A stretch of 64,000 bases of DNA from positions 51,831-115,830 of the forward strand of contig CALZHP010000002.1 in assembly GCA_945787325.1 (NCBI GenBank). The letters run 5' to 3'. Position 1 is the first letter of the stretch. Every line of letters starts with the position of its first letter. A program made the translations under genes and the position numbers. The notes under the pieces were generated by a model. It had not been told where the DNA came from and made no database searches. It saw only the letters and a program-made list of their open reading frames with translations. This document shows, one piece after another, positions 19,681 through 29,252 of this stretch. This stretch comes from an uncultured Desulfobulbaceae bacterium (GTDB lineage Bacteria; Desulfobacterota; Desulfobulbia; Desulfobulbales; BM004).

Positions 19681-20175
19681 CTATGAATTGGATGAAGCTG
19701 CATCAAGAGCCAAGTTAACAGCATCGACGGCATTTTTCGCTATTAGAATGTCGTTTTCAACAGTCATCCCTTTCCGTGAAAGGTTCCACGAATCGAATAG
19801 AATAATGGGGCATCTGCATTTTAAAGCAAGTGCAATTTCAGATAGTGTGCCGTATTCGCCGCCAATGGCAATAGCCGCATTACAACTTTTAACGTTTAAA
19901 ACATTACGTGCTTCACCCATTCCAGTGTATATTGCAATATCCACATAACTGTTAGGAGCGCTTGTTGTCCTGTCGCCTGGAAGTATGCCCACAGTGAGGC
20001 CTTTCCCACTTTTTGCACCCGCACTTGCCGCCAACATTACGCCTCCCAGTCCACCGGTGAGGACAACGACACCGTGTTCTGCAAGCAGTCGCCCTGTCTC
20101 ATGAGCAGCCTGCCACTCTCCAGACCCCTTAGTGACATTTCCACCACCAAAAATGCCGATAACCAACTTTCCCAT
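19681..20175 (-). CDS. TIGR00725-like LOG/SLOG family protein
   Basis: LTGGLGGVM, TVGILPG, TGMGEARN, IGGEYGTLSEIALA; start MGKLV after GGAG. Confidence 0.88.
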   Translation of the reverse strand: MGKLVIGIFGGGNVTKGSGEWQAAHETGRLLAEHGVVVLTGGLGGVMLAASAGAKSGKGLTVGILPGDRTTSAPNSYVDIAIYTGMGEARNVLNVKSCNAAIAIGGEYGTLSEIALALKCRCPIILFDSWNLSRKGMTVENDILIAKNAVDAVNLALDAASSNS

Positions 20176-20465
20176 ATCATCATGTCTCCAGAATTTAATT
20201 ATTGTCAGTCTTAACAATTTCACACATGATATCTCCTTTGTGAAAAAAATAACTTGTTGTTAGCGTCTTAATGTCTTTGATGAATTTTTTCAAACCCTTC
20301 AGAATTCGAAATAATGATGAAGATCGAGGTGATATGGAAATGACACTTGAGCAAATGGCGTCATTGTGTTAACGAAATATTCTGATTAATGGTTATGTCC
20401 AGTTACGTTAAGCAGAGGATCATTTTTTAAGTTGTTTAAAATAGTTAAGTTCCAGGGAAACTGCG

Positions 20466-21500
20466 ATGTCAATTGATGATATGTCATACAAATCCATGGG
20501 GTGGCGATTCTTAATAATTGCGGCAGCTTTTGTTGTTGTCGTAGCAGGCATGAAAGCTGCAGAACCCTTGATAGTACCTTTTCTGCTTGCTGCTTTTGTA
20601 GCTATTGTTTGTACGCCTCCTCTTTTCTGGTTGCAGCGAAAAGGGATTCCGCAGGTAATGGCACTTGTCATAGTTGTGATGAGTGTCATGTGCTTGGGCC
20701 TTCTTGTTGTTGCACTGATTGGAACTTCTTTAAAAGATTTCTCTAGTAACCTTCCCTTTTATCAGGAACGTCTTACAGAAAAAACATCCGAACTTGTAGC
20801 GTGGGTCAGCGGTTTTGGAATTAATTTATCTGACAAAAATCTACTTGAATATGTAAACCCCGGCGCCGCAATGGGTTTTGCGTCAACAATGTTCAGCGGC
20901 CTGGGAGGTGTGCTCAGCAACAGCTTCCTGATTATGCTAACAGTAATATTTATTTTATTTGAAGCGTCGAGTTTTCCCGGAAAACTACGAACCGCTCTTG
21001 GTGATCCGGATGCATCTTTGAAAAATTTTGAATTATTTTTAAGCAATGTAAACCAGTATATGGCAATTAAAACCTGGATAAGTCTTTTGACTGGTTTTCT
21101 TATAACCGTATGGTTGTTGATACTTGGTGTTGATTTTCCTTTATTGTGGGGCCTGCTTGCGTTTCTTCTAAATTTTGTTCCCAATATTGGATCCATCATA
21201 GCCGCGGTTCCAGCATTTCTGCTTGCATTTGTCCAGTTGGGAACAGGATCTGCTCTGCTTACGGGACTGGGATATGTTGTTGCCAATGTGGTTGTGGGAA
21301 ATGTTATCGAGCCACGCTTTATGGGGAGAGGCCTTGGATTGTCTACCCTGGTTGTTTTTGTTTCTTTGGTATTCTGGGGCTGGGTGTTGGGTCCTGTGGG
21401 CATGTTGCTCTCAGTTCCATTGACGATGACTGTAAAAATTGCTCTGGACAGCTATGAAGATACGCGGTGGATAGCAATACTGCTTGGTTCAGATTCATAG
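20466..21500 (+). CDS. AI-2E family transporter
   Basis: Multi-TM; LNFVPNIGS, GNVIEPRFMG, FWGWVLGPVGMLLSVPLT. Confidence 0.93.
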   Translation: MSIDDMSYKSMGWRFLIIAAAFVVVVAGMKAAEPLIVPFLLAAFVAIVCTPPLFWLQRKGIPQVMALVIVVMSVMCLGLLVVALIGTSLKDFSSNLPFYQERLTEKTSELVAWVSGFGINLSDKNLLEYVNPGAAMGFASTMFSGLGGVLSNSFLIMLTVIFILFEASSFPGKLRTALGDPDASLKNFELFLSNVNQYMAIKTWISLLTGFLITVWLLILGVDFPLLWGLLAFLLNFVPNIGSIIAAVPAFLLAFVQLGTGSALLTGLGYVVANVVVGNVIEPRFMGRGLGLSTLVVFVSLVFWGWVLGPVGMLLSVPLTMTVKIALDSYEDTRWIAILLGSDS

Positions 21501-21647
21501 TTTTTTTTATTATAACAATCAGTTAATTGTCGGTCAGTTTTGTTTTTTTGGCTTTGGAAAAAGTGAGATTAGGGTAACAGGAATGAGTTTCTTGGATGGT
21601 TTTGAAGTTATTTCTGTTTATCACTAAAAAGTTGTAGAAATTTTGTT

Positions 21648-21875
21648 ATGAGAAAGACTACTGAAAAAAATATTGTGTGCTACTGCTTTGGTTATACTGA
21701 AGATGATATTTTACATGATGCCATAAAGCATGGCCATTCAACAATTATGGAAAGAATAGCACGAGAAAAAAGTGTCGGAAAATGCAGCTGTATAGAAAAA
21801 AACCCGAAACGGCGATGATGCCTTGGGGATGTTCGCCAGGTGGTGAAAAGAATAAGTAATAGAAAAACGTTTTAG
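21648..21875 (+). CDS. BFD-like [2Fe-2S]-binding protein, probable selenoprotein (UGA at codon 57)
   Basis: Manual translation MRKTTEKNIVCYCFGYTEDDILHDAIKHGHSTIMERIAREKSVGKCSCIEKNPKRR-U-CLGDVRQVVKRISNRKTF; TGA at 21816-21818 sits at the first Cys of the family NPxGxCCLGxV motif; SECIS-like hairpin follows. Confidence 0.85.
21832..21847 (+). promoter_or_regulatory. Candidate bacterial SECIS hairpin
   Basis: TTCGCC-AGGT-GGTGAA; apical loop begins 19 nt after the UGA with G at loop position 2. Confidence 0.7.
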
Positions 21876-22202
21876 ATTAATGATGAAATATTAGGGCTAG
21901 GATGGTGAAACGGAAAAATCGTGTACTTCTTTTAGATTTGAAAGATTTGTTTTATTGAGATCAAGACAGGCCTTCCATGATCATTTCCTTAATTGTGTCT
22001 AACAGTTTTTTAATAGAGCTATACTGTATAGGCATAATTTATCTGCAACTTGTTTTCTTCAAAAATATTAAACAACTACGAATTGAAAAATAACCTGAAT
22101 TGTAGTATGAACAAGGTTGATTGATACTCATGTTTTTGGGCAATGGAATAATCTAGGTCCACAATTATTAAAATAAAGACGTAAAGTGAGACAAAAAATA
22201 TC

Positions 22203-23093
22203 ATGTCGTCAATAGTTGCAGAAAAGGAACTTTATCGGGCCTGTCAGATTATATTCGGACTCGAAGCGAGTATCAGCCGTGAATTTCTTGAGTACCTCCA
22301 ACCATCAGGCATAAAATCCGCTTACAGAAAGAAAGCTCTAGAAACTCATCCGGACAGGGTCATACACTGTGATGAGTTAACCAGAAAAAAGAGCGAAGAC
22401 CTGTTCAGGACTATTCAACAGGCTTATGAAAATCTTAATTCCTATATAAAAGCCCGTGAAAGAGGCTTTTGTTTTTCTGCAAGGATCAATAATAATAGTA
22501 GCAATAACGATTTAAGAAAAAAAGAATGGCGGTTTTCGAGTAAGCAGAAGTATGATGGACACTTCTCTAAAGCCGGTGCTGGTGGTACGGATTACAAAGA
22601 AACTAAGAGCGGCAATAACTCCTCTGGTAGAAATGGACAGAAAATAATAAAGCCACAGCCGACTGAAAAACTTTACCACGGTCCCATTCCATCCTGTAGA
22701 CTATTGTTCGGCCGTTTTCTATACTATTCTGGGGTAATTAGGTGGCGTACCATAATAGACGCTCTGGTTTGGCAGACCAGTAAACGCCCCCGCCTGGGAG
22801 AAATCGGCTGCCGTTTTGGCTGGTTGTCTGAAGACGATACGTTGATGATTCTTAAAAACAGAAACAGGGAACATCCATTTGGCCGATCGGCTGTAGAGCT
22901 TGGTTTGCTTACAGAGGATCAATTAAATGCCATTCTTCTACAGCAGAAATTCACACAGAAAAAAATTGGGACATTTTTTGTTCAAAATGGAATGCTCTCA
23001 CCTGACAGTCTTAATGAGCAGATTATCAATCATAGAAAGCACAACTCCAGGTTTCCGAGGCAGGAATCAAGGGGTGGTTTCTTTAATCCTTGA
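22203..23093 (+). CDS. J-domain protein with C-terminal MshEN-like repeats
   Basis: IKSAYRKKALETHPD..FRTIQQAYENL (J-domain, HPD); four tandem (R/F/I)xG-x6-G-hh repeats in the C-terminal half. Confidence 0.85.
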   Translation: MSSIVAEKELYRACQIIFGLEASISREFLEYLQPSGIKSAYRKKALETHPDRVIHCDELTRKKSEDLFRTIQQAYENLNSYIKARERGFCFSARINNNSSNNDLRKKEWRFSSKQKYDGHFSKAGAGGTDYKETKSGNNSSGRNGQKIIKPQPTEKLYHGPIPSCRLLFGRFLYYSGVIRWRTIIDALVWQTSKRPRLGEIGCRFGWLSEDDTLMILKNRNREHPFGRSAVELGLLTEDQLNAILLQQKFTQKKIGTFFVQNGMLSPDSLNEQIINHRKHNSRFPRQESRGGFFNP

Positions 23094-23169
23094 AAGTACC
23101 TTCATTACACTTTTTACAACCTATTAAGTAACATAAATCAGGTGCCAAAATTCAAAGCATCGGATTGTG

Positions 23170-23328
23170 TTACATTATTGTAATTAATTAATTGCCAAGA
23201 TTGTAAGTTTGAGCATTACTCGCATTACATAAAGCAATTCGCCATGGAATAAACCTTCAGAATTTTGATATTCACAGCAAAGTGACACAAAAATGTAAAA
23301 CATAAATTGAGTTATTACATATTTGTAA
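23170..23328. promoter_or_regulatory. Three TTACA-N4-TGTAA-type palindromes, candidate activator sites for amtB
   Basis: TTACA-TTAT-TGTAA (23170-23183), ACACA-AAAA-TGTAA (23285-23298), TTACA-TATT-TGTAA (23315-23328). Confidence 0.6.
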
Positions 23329-23405
23329 TATTCCTCAGCCTCTTCTTTTTTGTATTTTCAGCATATAGAACAGAATTACAGATATATATTTTATTTCTCA
23401 GGGAG

Positions 23406-23420
23406 TGGTACGGTTCTTGC
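23406..23420 (+). promoter_or_regulatory. sigma-54 (-24/-12) promoter of amtB-glnB
   Basis: TGGTAC-GGTTC-TTGC with exact GG-N10-GC spacing, 60 nt upstream of amtB. Confidence 0.8.
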
Positions 23421-23479
23421 CAAATACCAACTATTTAATGCCTGGTAGAAATTATATGAAATATAAACGGGAGGAGAGT

Positions 23480-24808
23480 ATGCGAAAAACAATCAAAGTT
23501 ATTTTGGGAGGAATACCCCTCATTTTTTTACCGCAAATTGTGGGTGCCGCCGAAAGTGGATCAGTTGATACGGGAACGACATCGTGGATGCTAATTTCAA
23601 CAGCACTTGTGCTGTTGATGGTCCCGGGTCTTGCCATGTTTTATGGGGGACTGGTAAGAACAAAAAATGTTCTGGGTACTATGATGCACAGTTTTGTGTC
23701 TATGGCTATAATAGGTGTACTTTGGGTGGTTTGCGGTTATTCTCTAACGTTTGGGGAGAGCATTTGGGGTGGGTTAATCGGTTGGAACAGCGATTATTTT
23801 TTCCTGCAGGGGATTGATGATGCAATCTCTGATGGTGTTCCTGAATATGTACTTGCAATGTTTCAGGGAAAATTTGCCATTATCACTCCGGCTCTTATAA
23901 GCGGTGCTCTTGCTGAGCGTGTCTATTTCAGGGGATACAGCCTATTTATAATTCTTTGGTTTCTATTCATATACAGTCCCCTCTGCCATTGGGTTTGGGC
24001 CTCAGATGGTTGGCTTTTTAATGCGGGTGCAGCAGGTGTAATTGATCTTGCAGGGGGGTTAGTTATTCATGTTTCGGCAGGTATAAGCGCCCTCGTTGTC
24101 GCTTTATTTCTTGGACCACGTCGAGGCTATCCAAAAAGCGCCATGAGTCCAAATAATCTGGTTATGACAATGATGGGAGCAGGTCTTTTATGGGTCGGCT
24201 GGTTTGGATTTAATGCCGGATCTACTGTACAGAGCGGTCTTGATACAGCACGAGCCCTAACAATGACACAGGTTTCAGCTGCAAGTGGTGCTCTTACCTG
24301 GTTGATTATCGAATCGATAATGTTCCGTAAGTCTACAGCCCTTGGTCTTGTTTCCGGAATTCTTGCCGGTCTAGTGGTAATTACTCCGGCAGCAGGAGTT
24401 GTAAAACCTGTTGGTGCAATCACTCTGGGGGCGCTTTCTTCAATCGCCTGTTATTACGCGCTAGTGGCAAAGGGCAAATTGGGATATGACGACAGCCTTG
24501 ACTGTTTTGGCATTCACGGTATTGGGAGCGGTTTAGGTGTTGTTCTATTGCCATTTTTCATCCGTGAAAGCTGGATGGCTGATGCTTCAGCTGCTATCGG
24601 CAAAGCTTGGACTACCTGGGATCAGCTTCTCGTTCAGTTAACCGGAATGGGTGCAACAATTGCTCTTTCAGCAATAGTATCGCTTATTATCTGTGTTGTT
24701 GTGGAGAAAACAGTAGGTTTCAGATTGGATGAAGAGCAGGAGGTGGCGGGCCTAGACTATTCGTTGCACGGTGAGCGTGGTTATGGAATGTTAACTTCCG
24801 ACCACTGA
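23480..24808 (+). CDS. amtB: Ammonium transporter
   Basis: PGLAMFYGG, FQGKFAIITPAL, DLAGGLVIH, LWVGWFGFNAGS, DDSLDCFGIHG; start ATG 23480 after GGAGG. Confidence 0.97.
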   Translation: MRKTIKVILGGIPLIFLPQIVGAAESGSVDTGTTSWMLISTALVLLMVPGLAMFYGGLVRTKNVLGTMMHSFVSMAIIGVLWVVCGYSLTFGESIWGGLIGWNSDYFFLQGIDDAISDGVPEYVLAMFQGKFAIITPALISGALAERVYFRGYSLFIILWFLFIYSPLCHWVWASDGWLFNAGAAGVIDLAGGLVIHVSAGISALVVALFLGPRRGYPKSAMSPNNLVMTMMGAGLLWVGWFGFNAGSTVQSGLDTARALTMTQVSAASGALTWLIIESIMFRKSTALGLVSGILAGLVVITPAAGVVKPVGAITLGALSSIACYYALVAKGKLGYDDSLDCFGIHGIGSGLGVVLLPFFIRESWMADASAAIGKAWTTWDQLLVQLTGMGATIALSAIVSLIICVVVEKTVGFRLDEEQEVAGLDYSLHGERGYGMLTSDH

Positions 24809-24888
24809 TTTATGCTGCGCTCCATATGCGAAACCTGAAGTGATTATTTACTGCATTTGTACAATTATATTGGTAGTATGTGCAATAA

Positions 24889-25257
<369 letters not shown>

Positions 25258-25323
25258 TCCTTTATATATAATAGATTTAAAATTAAAATGATTCTCTGTT
25301 AGATGTTTATTCTTATTTAACGG

Positions 25324-25362
25324 CGGCCTCATCAATATATTGGTGGGGCCGTATTTGTTTTT
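25324..25362 (+). terminator. Terminator after amtB-glnB
   Basis: CGGCCTCATCAAT-AT-ATTGGTGGGGCCG followed by a T-rich tract. Confidence 0.7.
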
Positions 25363-25675
25363 CCTTCCTGTAATAACCAGCATAATTTGCGGGAATCTCC
25401 GGGCATTAGATTGTTACTCCGACCTCTCTGGTTTTCATCGGCAAAATTGAAAAACTTCCACCAGCCCCACATTGTGGCACATATTTCCGATTCGACAAAT
25501 AGGAAGAAACGATTAGTATATTTTCGTCTATAGGTTTATCATATTTTTATAGGCAATAGCTTATTGTTATTGTTTTGAAAGTGTATTTCAATGATTCTGA
25601 ACTGTCAGAGCTTGATGTATACCTGACAGTTATTATGAATATTGATAAACCATGATTCCATTATGAGGAAAAACT

Positions 25676-26725
25676 ATGGACTTTTTTAAAAAGAAGACAT
25701 TGACCGGACTTGCCCGGACATGCGGCTGAGCAGCTAAAATAGGTCCGACAGTTCTGTCGGAAGCGCTTTCGGGACTTACACCACCTTCTGATCCCAGCCT
25801 GATGGTTGGATTCGACACAGCGGATGATGCGGCGGTGTATAAGTTGTCGCATGATATCGCCATGATCAATACGGTAGATTTTATTACCCCGCCGGTAGAT
25901 GATCCATACTGGTTCGGTCAGATATCTGCTGCCAACTCTATTTCGGATGTTTATTCTATGGGAGGAAAGCCTCTGACAGCACTAAACGTTGTTATGTTCC
26001 CGTCAAAACTTCTTGATATGGGAATTCTCAGAGATATCCTGCATGGAGGGCACGATAAGGTCGTTGAGGCGGGCGCATGCCTTGTCGGCGGTCATAGCGT
26101 GGATGATGAAGAGCCTAAGTACGGTCTCTGTGTCAATGGAACTGTGCATCCTGACAGAATTATAACTAATGCGGGATCAAGACCGGGTGACGCCCTCGTT
26201 TTGACAAAACCAATTGGCTCAGGTGTCCTTTTTAATGCCGTACGCTCCGGGAAGTTACCATTTAAAGAAATTGAAAAAGAGGTGCTTCCACAAATTGCAG
26301 CATTGAATGGACCGGCAATAGAAGCGGCACTTAATTTTGAACTCCATGCATGTACTGATATTACCGGGTTCGGTATTGCAGGTCATGCTCTTGAAGTTGC
26401 AATTGGCTGTGCTGGAAAGATTATCCTGGAATATGACAGACTTCCATTTTACCCTGATTCCCGGGAAATGTATGACAAGGGAGAGAGTACCGGTAGCAAC
26501 AAACCAAATCGCCAGATGAGCGCTGACTATCTGGTTCTTGAGAAGGCTCTTTCGAAAACAGATGAGGAATTACTTTTTGACCCACAAACTTCCGGAGGGT
26601 TATTACTTTCAGTTCCAGATTCACAGGCAGATGATCTCATAAGTGCGCTCACTGGTGCAGGAGTGAAAACTGCCGCCCGAATCGGCAAGATCGAGAAAGG
26701 CGCTTCGGAAATAATCGTGGTATAA
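25676..26725 (+). CDS. selD: Selenide, water dikinase; selenoprotein form (UGA at codon 18)
   Basis: ATG 25676 after GAGG: MDFFKKKTLTGLARTCG-U-AAKIGP continuing in frame into the ORF-track protein (DDAAVY, TVDFITP, DITGFG, DPQTSGGLL). Confidence 0.96.
25744..25761 (+). promoter_or_regulatory. SECIS hairpin of selD
   Basis: TCCGACA-GTTC-TGTCGGA perfect stem; loop starts with G, 21 nt after the UGA at 25727-25729. Confidence 0.8.
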
Positions 26726-26728
26726 GCA

Positions 26729-27508
26729 ATGGATCTGTTTTTCCTGATTGGTTTGCTGGGTATTGTTTCCGGTTTTCTCTCAGGGCTGCTCGGCATCGGT
26801 GGAGGCATTATCATGGCACCGCTTCTCCTGTATGTGCCGCCAATTTTCGGGCTTGAGCCGCTATCGATGCAGTCAGTTGCTGGATTAACAATTGTCCAGG
26901 GACTTCTCGGTTGTTTTGCTGGAATGCTGATGCATCGAAAATTCAAATTTGTATCCGACAGCCTAACTGTATACATGGGTGTAAGCATTTTTATTGCTGC
27001 CTTGATCGGGGGGGCAAGTTCAATGCTTGTTTCCAATAACACTCTGTTGTTTCTGTTTGCCTGTTTAGCAATTGCTGCCGCAGTCCTGATATTTATATCA
27101 GATAAGGGTGAGGAAGAATATCCTGACCCAAAACTCATTGATTTCAGTAAAACCAAGGCGATTACAACAGCAACCGGTGTGGGCCTGCTGGGAGGTATGG
27201 TTGGGCAGGGCGGCTCGTTTATATTGATTCCGCTGATGACCTGGTTCGTGAAAATTCCAACCAGGATTGCTATAGGCAGTAATTTGGGGATAGTCCTACT
27301 TTCAACATTCGCAGCCTTTATAGGGAAGGTATTTACCGGCCAAATTGAATGGTATTTAGTACTGCCTGTTGCTGTTACAGTTATTCCAGCAGCCTTTTTG
27401 GGAAGTTTGGTAAGTCGAAATTCTCCAGTGCAAGTATTACGGCGTGTTTTAGCAGTATTAATTGGATTTACTGCATTGAGGATCTGGTTTTCAATCTTAT
27501 TTACATAA
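26729..27508 (+). CDS. TSUP (TauE/SafE) family membrane transporter
   Basis: Two repeats GLLGIGGGIIMAP and GMVGQGGSFILIP; about 8 TM; 3 nt after the selD stop. Confidence 0.9.
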   Translation: MDLFFLIGLLGIVSGFLSGLLGIGGGIIMAPLLLYVPPIFGLEPLSMQSVAGLTIVQGLLGCFAGMLMHRKFKFVSDSLTVYMGVSIFIAALIGGASSMLVSNNTLLFLFACLAIAAAVLIFISDKGEEEYPDPKLIDFSKTKAITTATGVGLLGGMVGQGGSFILIPLMTWFVKIPTRIAIGSNLGIVLLSTFAAFIGKVFTGQIEWYLVLPVAVTVIPAAFLGSLVSRNSPVQVLRRVLAVLIGFTALRIWFSILFT

Positions 27509-27555
27509 TTTTTAATTAATATCTCTGATATTAGTTTAGACGAGGGCAGTACAAG

Positions 27556-27990
27556 ATGATCACATTTCAGATAAAAGAACTTGATGGCGTTGTTTATGCA
27601 GTAGGAAAAGGAGAAATTACCATCGAACAGTTCAGAAATTTCTTTACTGAATTGTACAGTAATTACATGGTCAACCCTGAAAACATTCGTGTAGTAATGG
27701 ATATGCGTGAAGTGAAAACACTTCAATTTAAGTATGATGATATTCAGACTGAAATGTGGGAAGCGAATGCTCTTCTGAAGTCAAAAGATTTTATAAAAGT
27801 GGCTGTTGTCGCTGAAAGAGATGCGGTTTATGGCACTGCCAGGATTGCCATGTCTGTAACTGAAAACACCGCAATTAATATTAATGTATTCAGGTCTGAG
27901 AAAAAGGCCATAACGTGGATGAAGGAATATTATTTGGCAGAGCCGGAAATTCCCAGCCAGGTCAAATCATCAATCTGCACTGGAAGTTAA
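27556..27990 (+). CDS. Hypothetical protein, possible SpoIIAA/STAS-like fold
   Basis: GEIT..VVMDMR..KVAVVA..YGTAR..VFRSEKKAITW pattern; GAGG RBS. Confidence 0.6.
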   Translation: MITFQIKELDGVVYAVGKGEITIEQFRNFFTELYSNYMVNPENIRVVMDMREVKTLQFKYDDIQTEMWEANALLKSKDFIKVAVVAERDAVYGTARIAMSVTENTAININVFRSEKKAITWMKEYYLAEPEIPSQVKSSICTGS

Positions 27991-28010
27991 ATTTCTAAAT
28001 CAGCGATCAA

Positions 28011-28460
28011 TTAGAAAAGTTTTGACGAATCCAGAAGCAGTGTGACAGGGCCGCTGTTTGTAAGTTCAACCTCCATCATGGCCTGAAACTTTCCACTCTC
28101 AACCGGGATACCCTGTTTTAATAAATAATCTTTAAAGGTTTTATACAGCTCTTTTGCTTTTTCAGGCGGCGCCGCATCAGAGTAACCGGGTCTCCTGCCT
28201 TTACGACAGTCCCCAAACAATGTGAACTGGGAAACAACCAGAATTTCTCCTCCCACATCCTTTACCGAAAGGTTCATTAATTTTTCCCCGTCCGGGAAAA
28301 TGCGCAGGTTGACAATTTTCTCTGCAAGGTATTTTGCGTCTTTAATCGTGTCCTCTTTTCCAACACCGAGCAGAACAACAAGACCTTTGCCGATAGATCC
28401 GGTTAGCTGATTTTCAACTTTTACAGCAGCTTGACTCGTCAGCTGTACGACTGCTCGCAT
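28011..28460 (-). CDS. dtd: D-aminoacyl-tRNA deacylase
   Basis: MRAVVQ, LRIF, VSQFTL, GRRP, NSGPVT. Confidence 0.97.
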   Translation of the reverse strand: MRAVVQLTSQAAVKVENQLTGSIGKGLVVLLGVGKEDTIKDAKYLAEKIVNLRIFPDGEKLMNLSVKDVGGEILVVSQFTLFGDCRKGRRPGYSDAAPPEKAKELYKTFKDYLLKQGIPVESGKFQAMMEVELTNSGPVTLLLDSSKLF

Positions 28461-28484
28461 GTATATGGTTTCCTAGTAGTCATA

Positions 28485-29237
28485 TTAATTTAAGTTGCCC
28501 ATTAAGTATTGAAGAATTGATATAGCTGACAGAGAGGCTGTTTCAGCTCTCAAAATTCTCTGTCCAAGAGTGACAGATAGAAAGCCTGCTTTCAATGCGC
28601 TGTCAACTTCTTTCCTGCTGAATCCTCCTTCCGGCCCTATGAGAGCAAATACGGATTTTACTGACCTGATGTTGTCAGATATTGATTCGAGAGTCCGTCT
28701 GCTCTCTTCTTCCCAGAAAATTAATTTCAAATCATATTCTGTTAAGCCTGAAGCGTCGTCAATCAGCCTGTCAAAACTTTTAAGATGTGCGCATTCCATT
28801 GGTATGGCCCGATTGCTCTGCTTGCATGCTTCCAAGGTGATTTGAGCCCAGCGTTCATTTCGGTGTGATTTCTTTTGTCCAGTTATACTTCGTGAAACAC
28901 TGTACCTCGAAATAAAAGGGTGAAAGCCGGCAACTCCAAGTTCAGTTGCTTTCTGGATAATAGTGTCGGTTTTCTTCCCCTTCATCAGGGATTGGCCAAC
29001 GTGTAATGGAACTTTTGTATCAGTCTTTTTTTCAATTGTAGAAAGAATCGATGCTTCCACCTTTTTTTTATCAATGGACGTAATCGAGGCTTCATATACT
29101 CTGCCTTTGCCGTCAAAAAGGCGTACCAGTTGTCCTGTTTCACAGCGAAGAACCGTAGCAAGATGATGAGCTTCTCTACCGGTAATAATCGCCGTCTTTT
29201 CGGATATATCGTCAGGATTTACAAAAAATCGTCGCAT
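28485..29237 (-). CDS. rsmE: 16S rRNA m3U1498 methyltransferase
   Basis: HHLATVLR, QKATELGV, EACKQS, IGPEGGF, LGQRILRAETA. Confidence 0.97.
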   Translation of the reverse strand: MRRFFVNPDDISEKTAIITGREAHHLATVLRCETGQLVRLFDGKGRVYEASITSIDKKKVEASILSTIEKKTDTKVPLHVGQSLMKGKKTDTIIQKATELGVAGFHPFISRYSVSRSITGQKKSHRNERWAQITLEACKQSNRAIPMECAHLKSFDRLIDDASGLTEYDLKLIFWEEESRRTLESISDNIRSVKSVFALIGPEGGFSRKEVDSALKAGFLSVTLGQRILRAETASLSAISILQYLMGNLN

Positions 29238-29252
29238 AATATTAATCAGTAT

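Noticed and set aside
20762-21403. 213-aa minus-strand ORF
   Set aside because: Antisense to the AI-2E transporter with no independent coding signal.
19380-23100. Genomic island integrated at tRNA-Gly(CCC)
   Set aside because: No integrase or duplicated tRNA 3' end; the accessory-looking genes lie on the tRNA 5' side.
24871-24885. Possible internal sigma-54 promoter before glnB (TGGTAGTATGTGCA)
   Set aside because: GG and GC are 8 nt apart instead of the required 10.
25380-25520. Relatively GC-rich intergenic stretch between glnB and selD as a riboswitch or sRNA
   Set aside because: No match by eye to c-di-GMP, SAM, glycine or 6S consensus; its TGGCAC lacks a -12 box. A covariance-model scan would be needed.
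26527-27726. 399-aa minus-strand ORF
   Set aside because: Antisense to selD, TSUP and the next gene; no recognisable motifs; typical shadow of a hydrophobic-protein gene.
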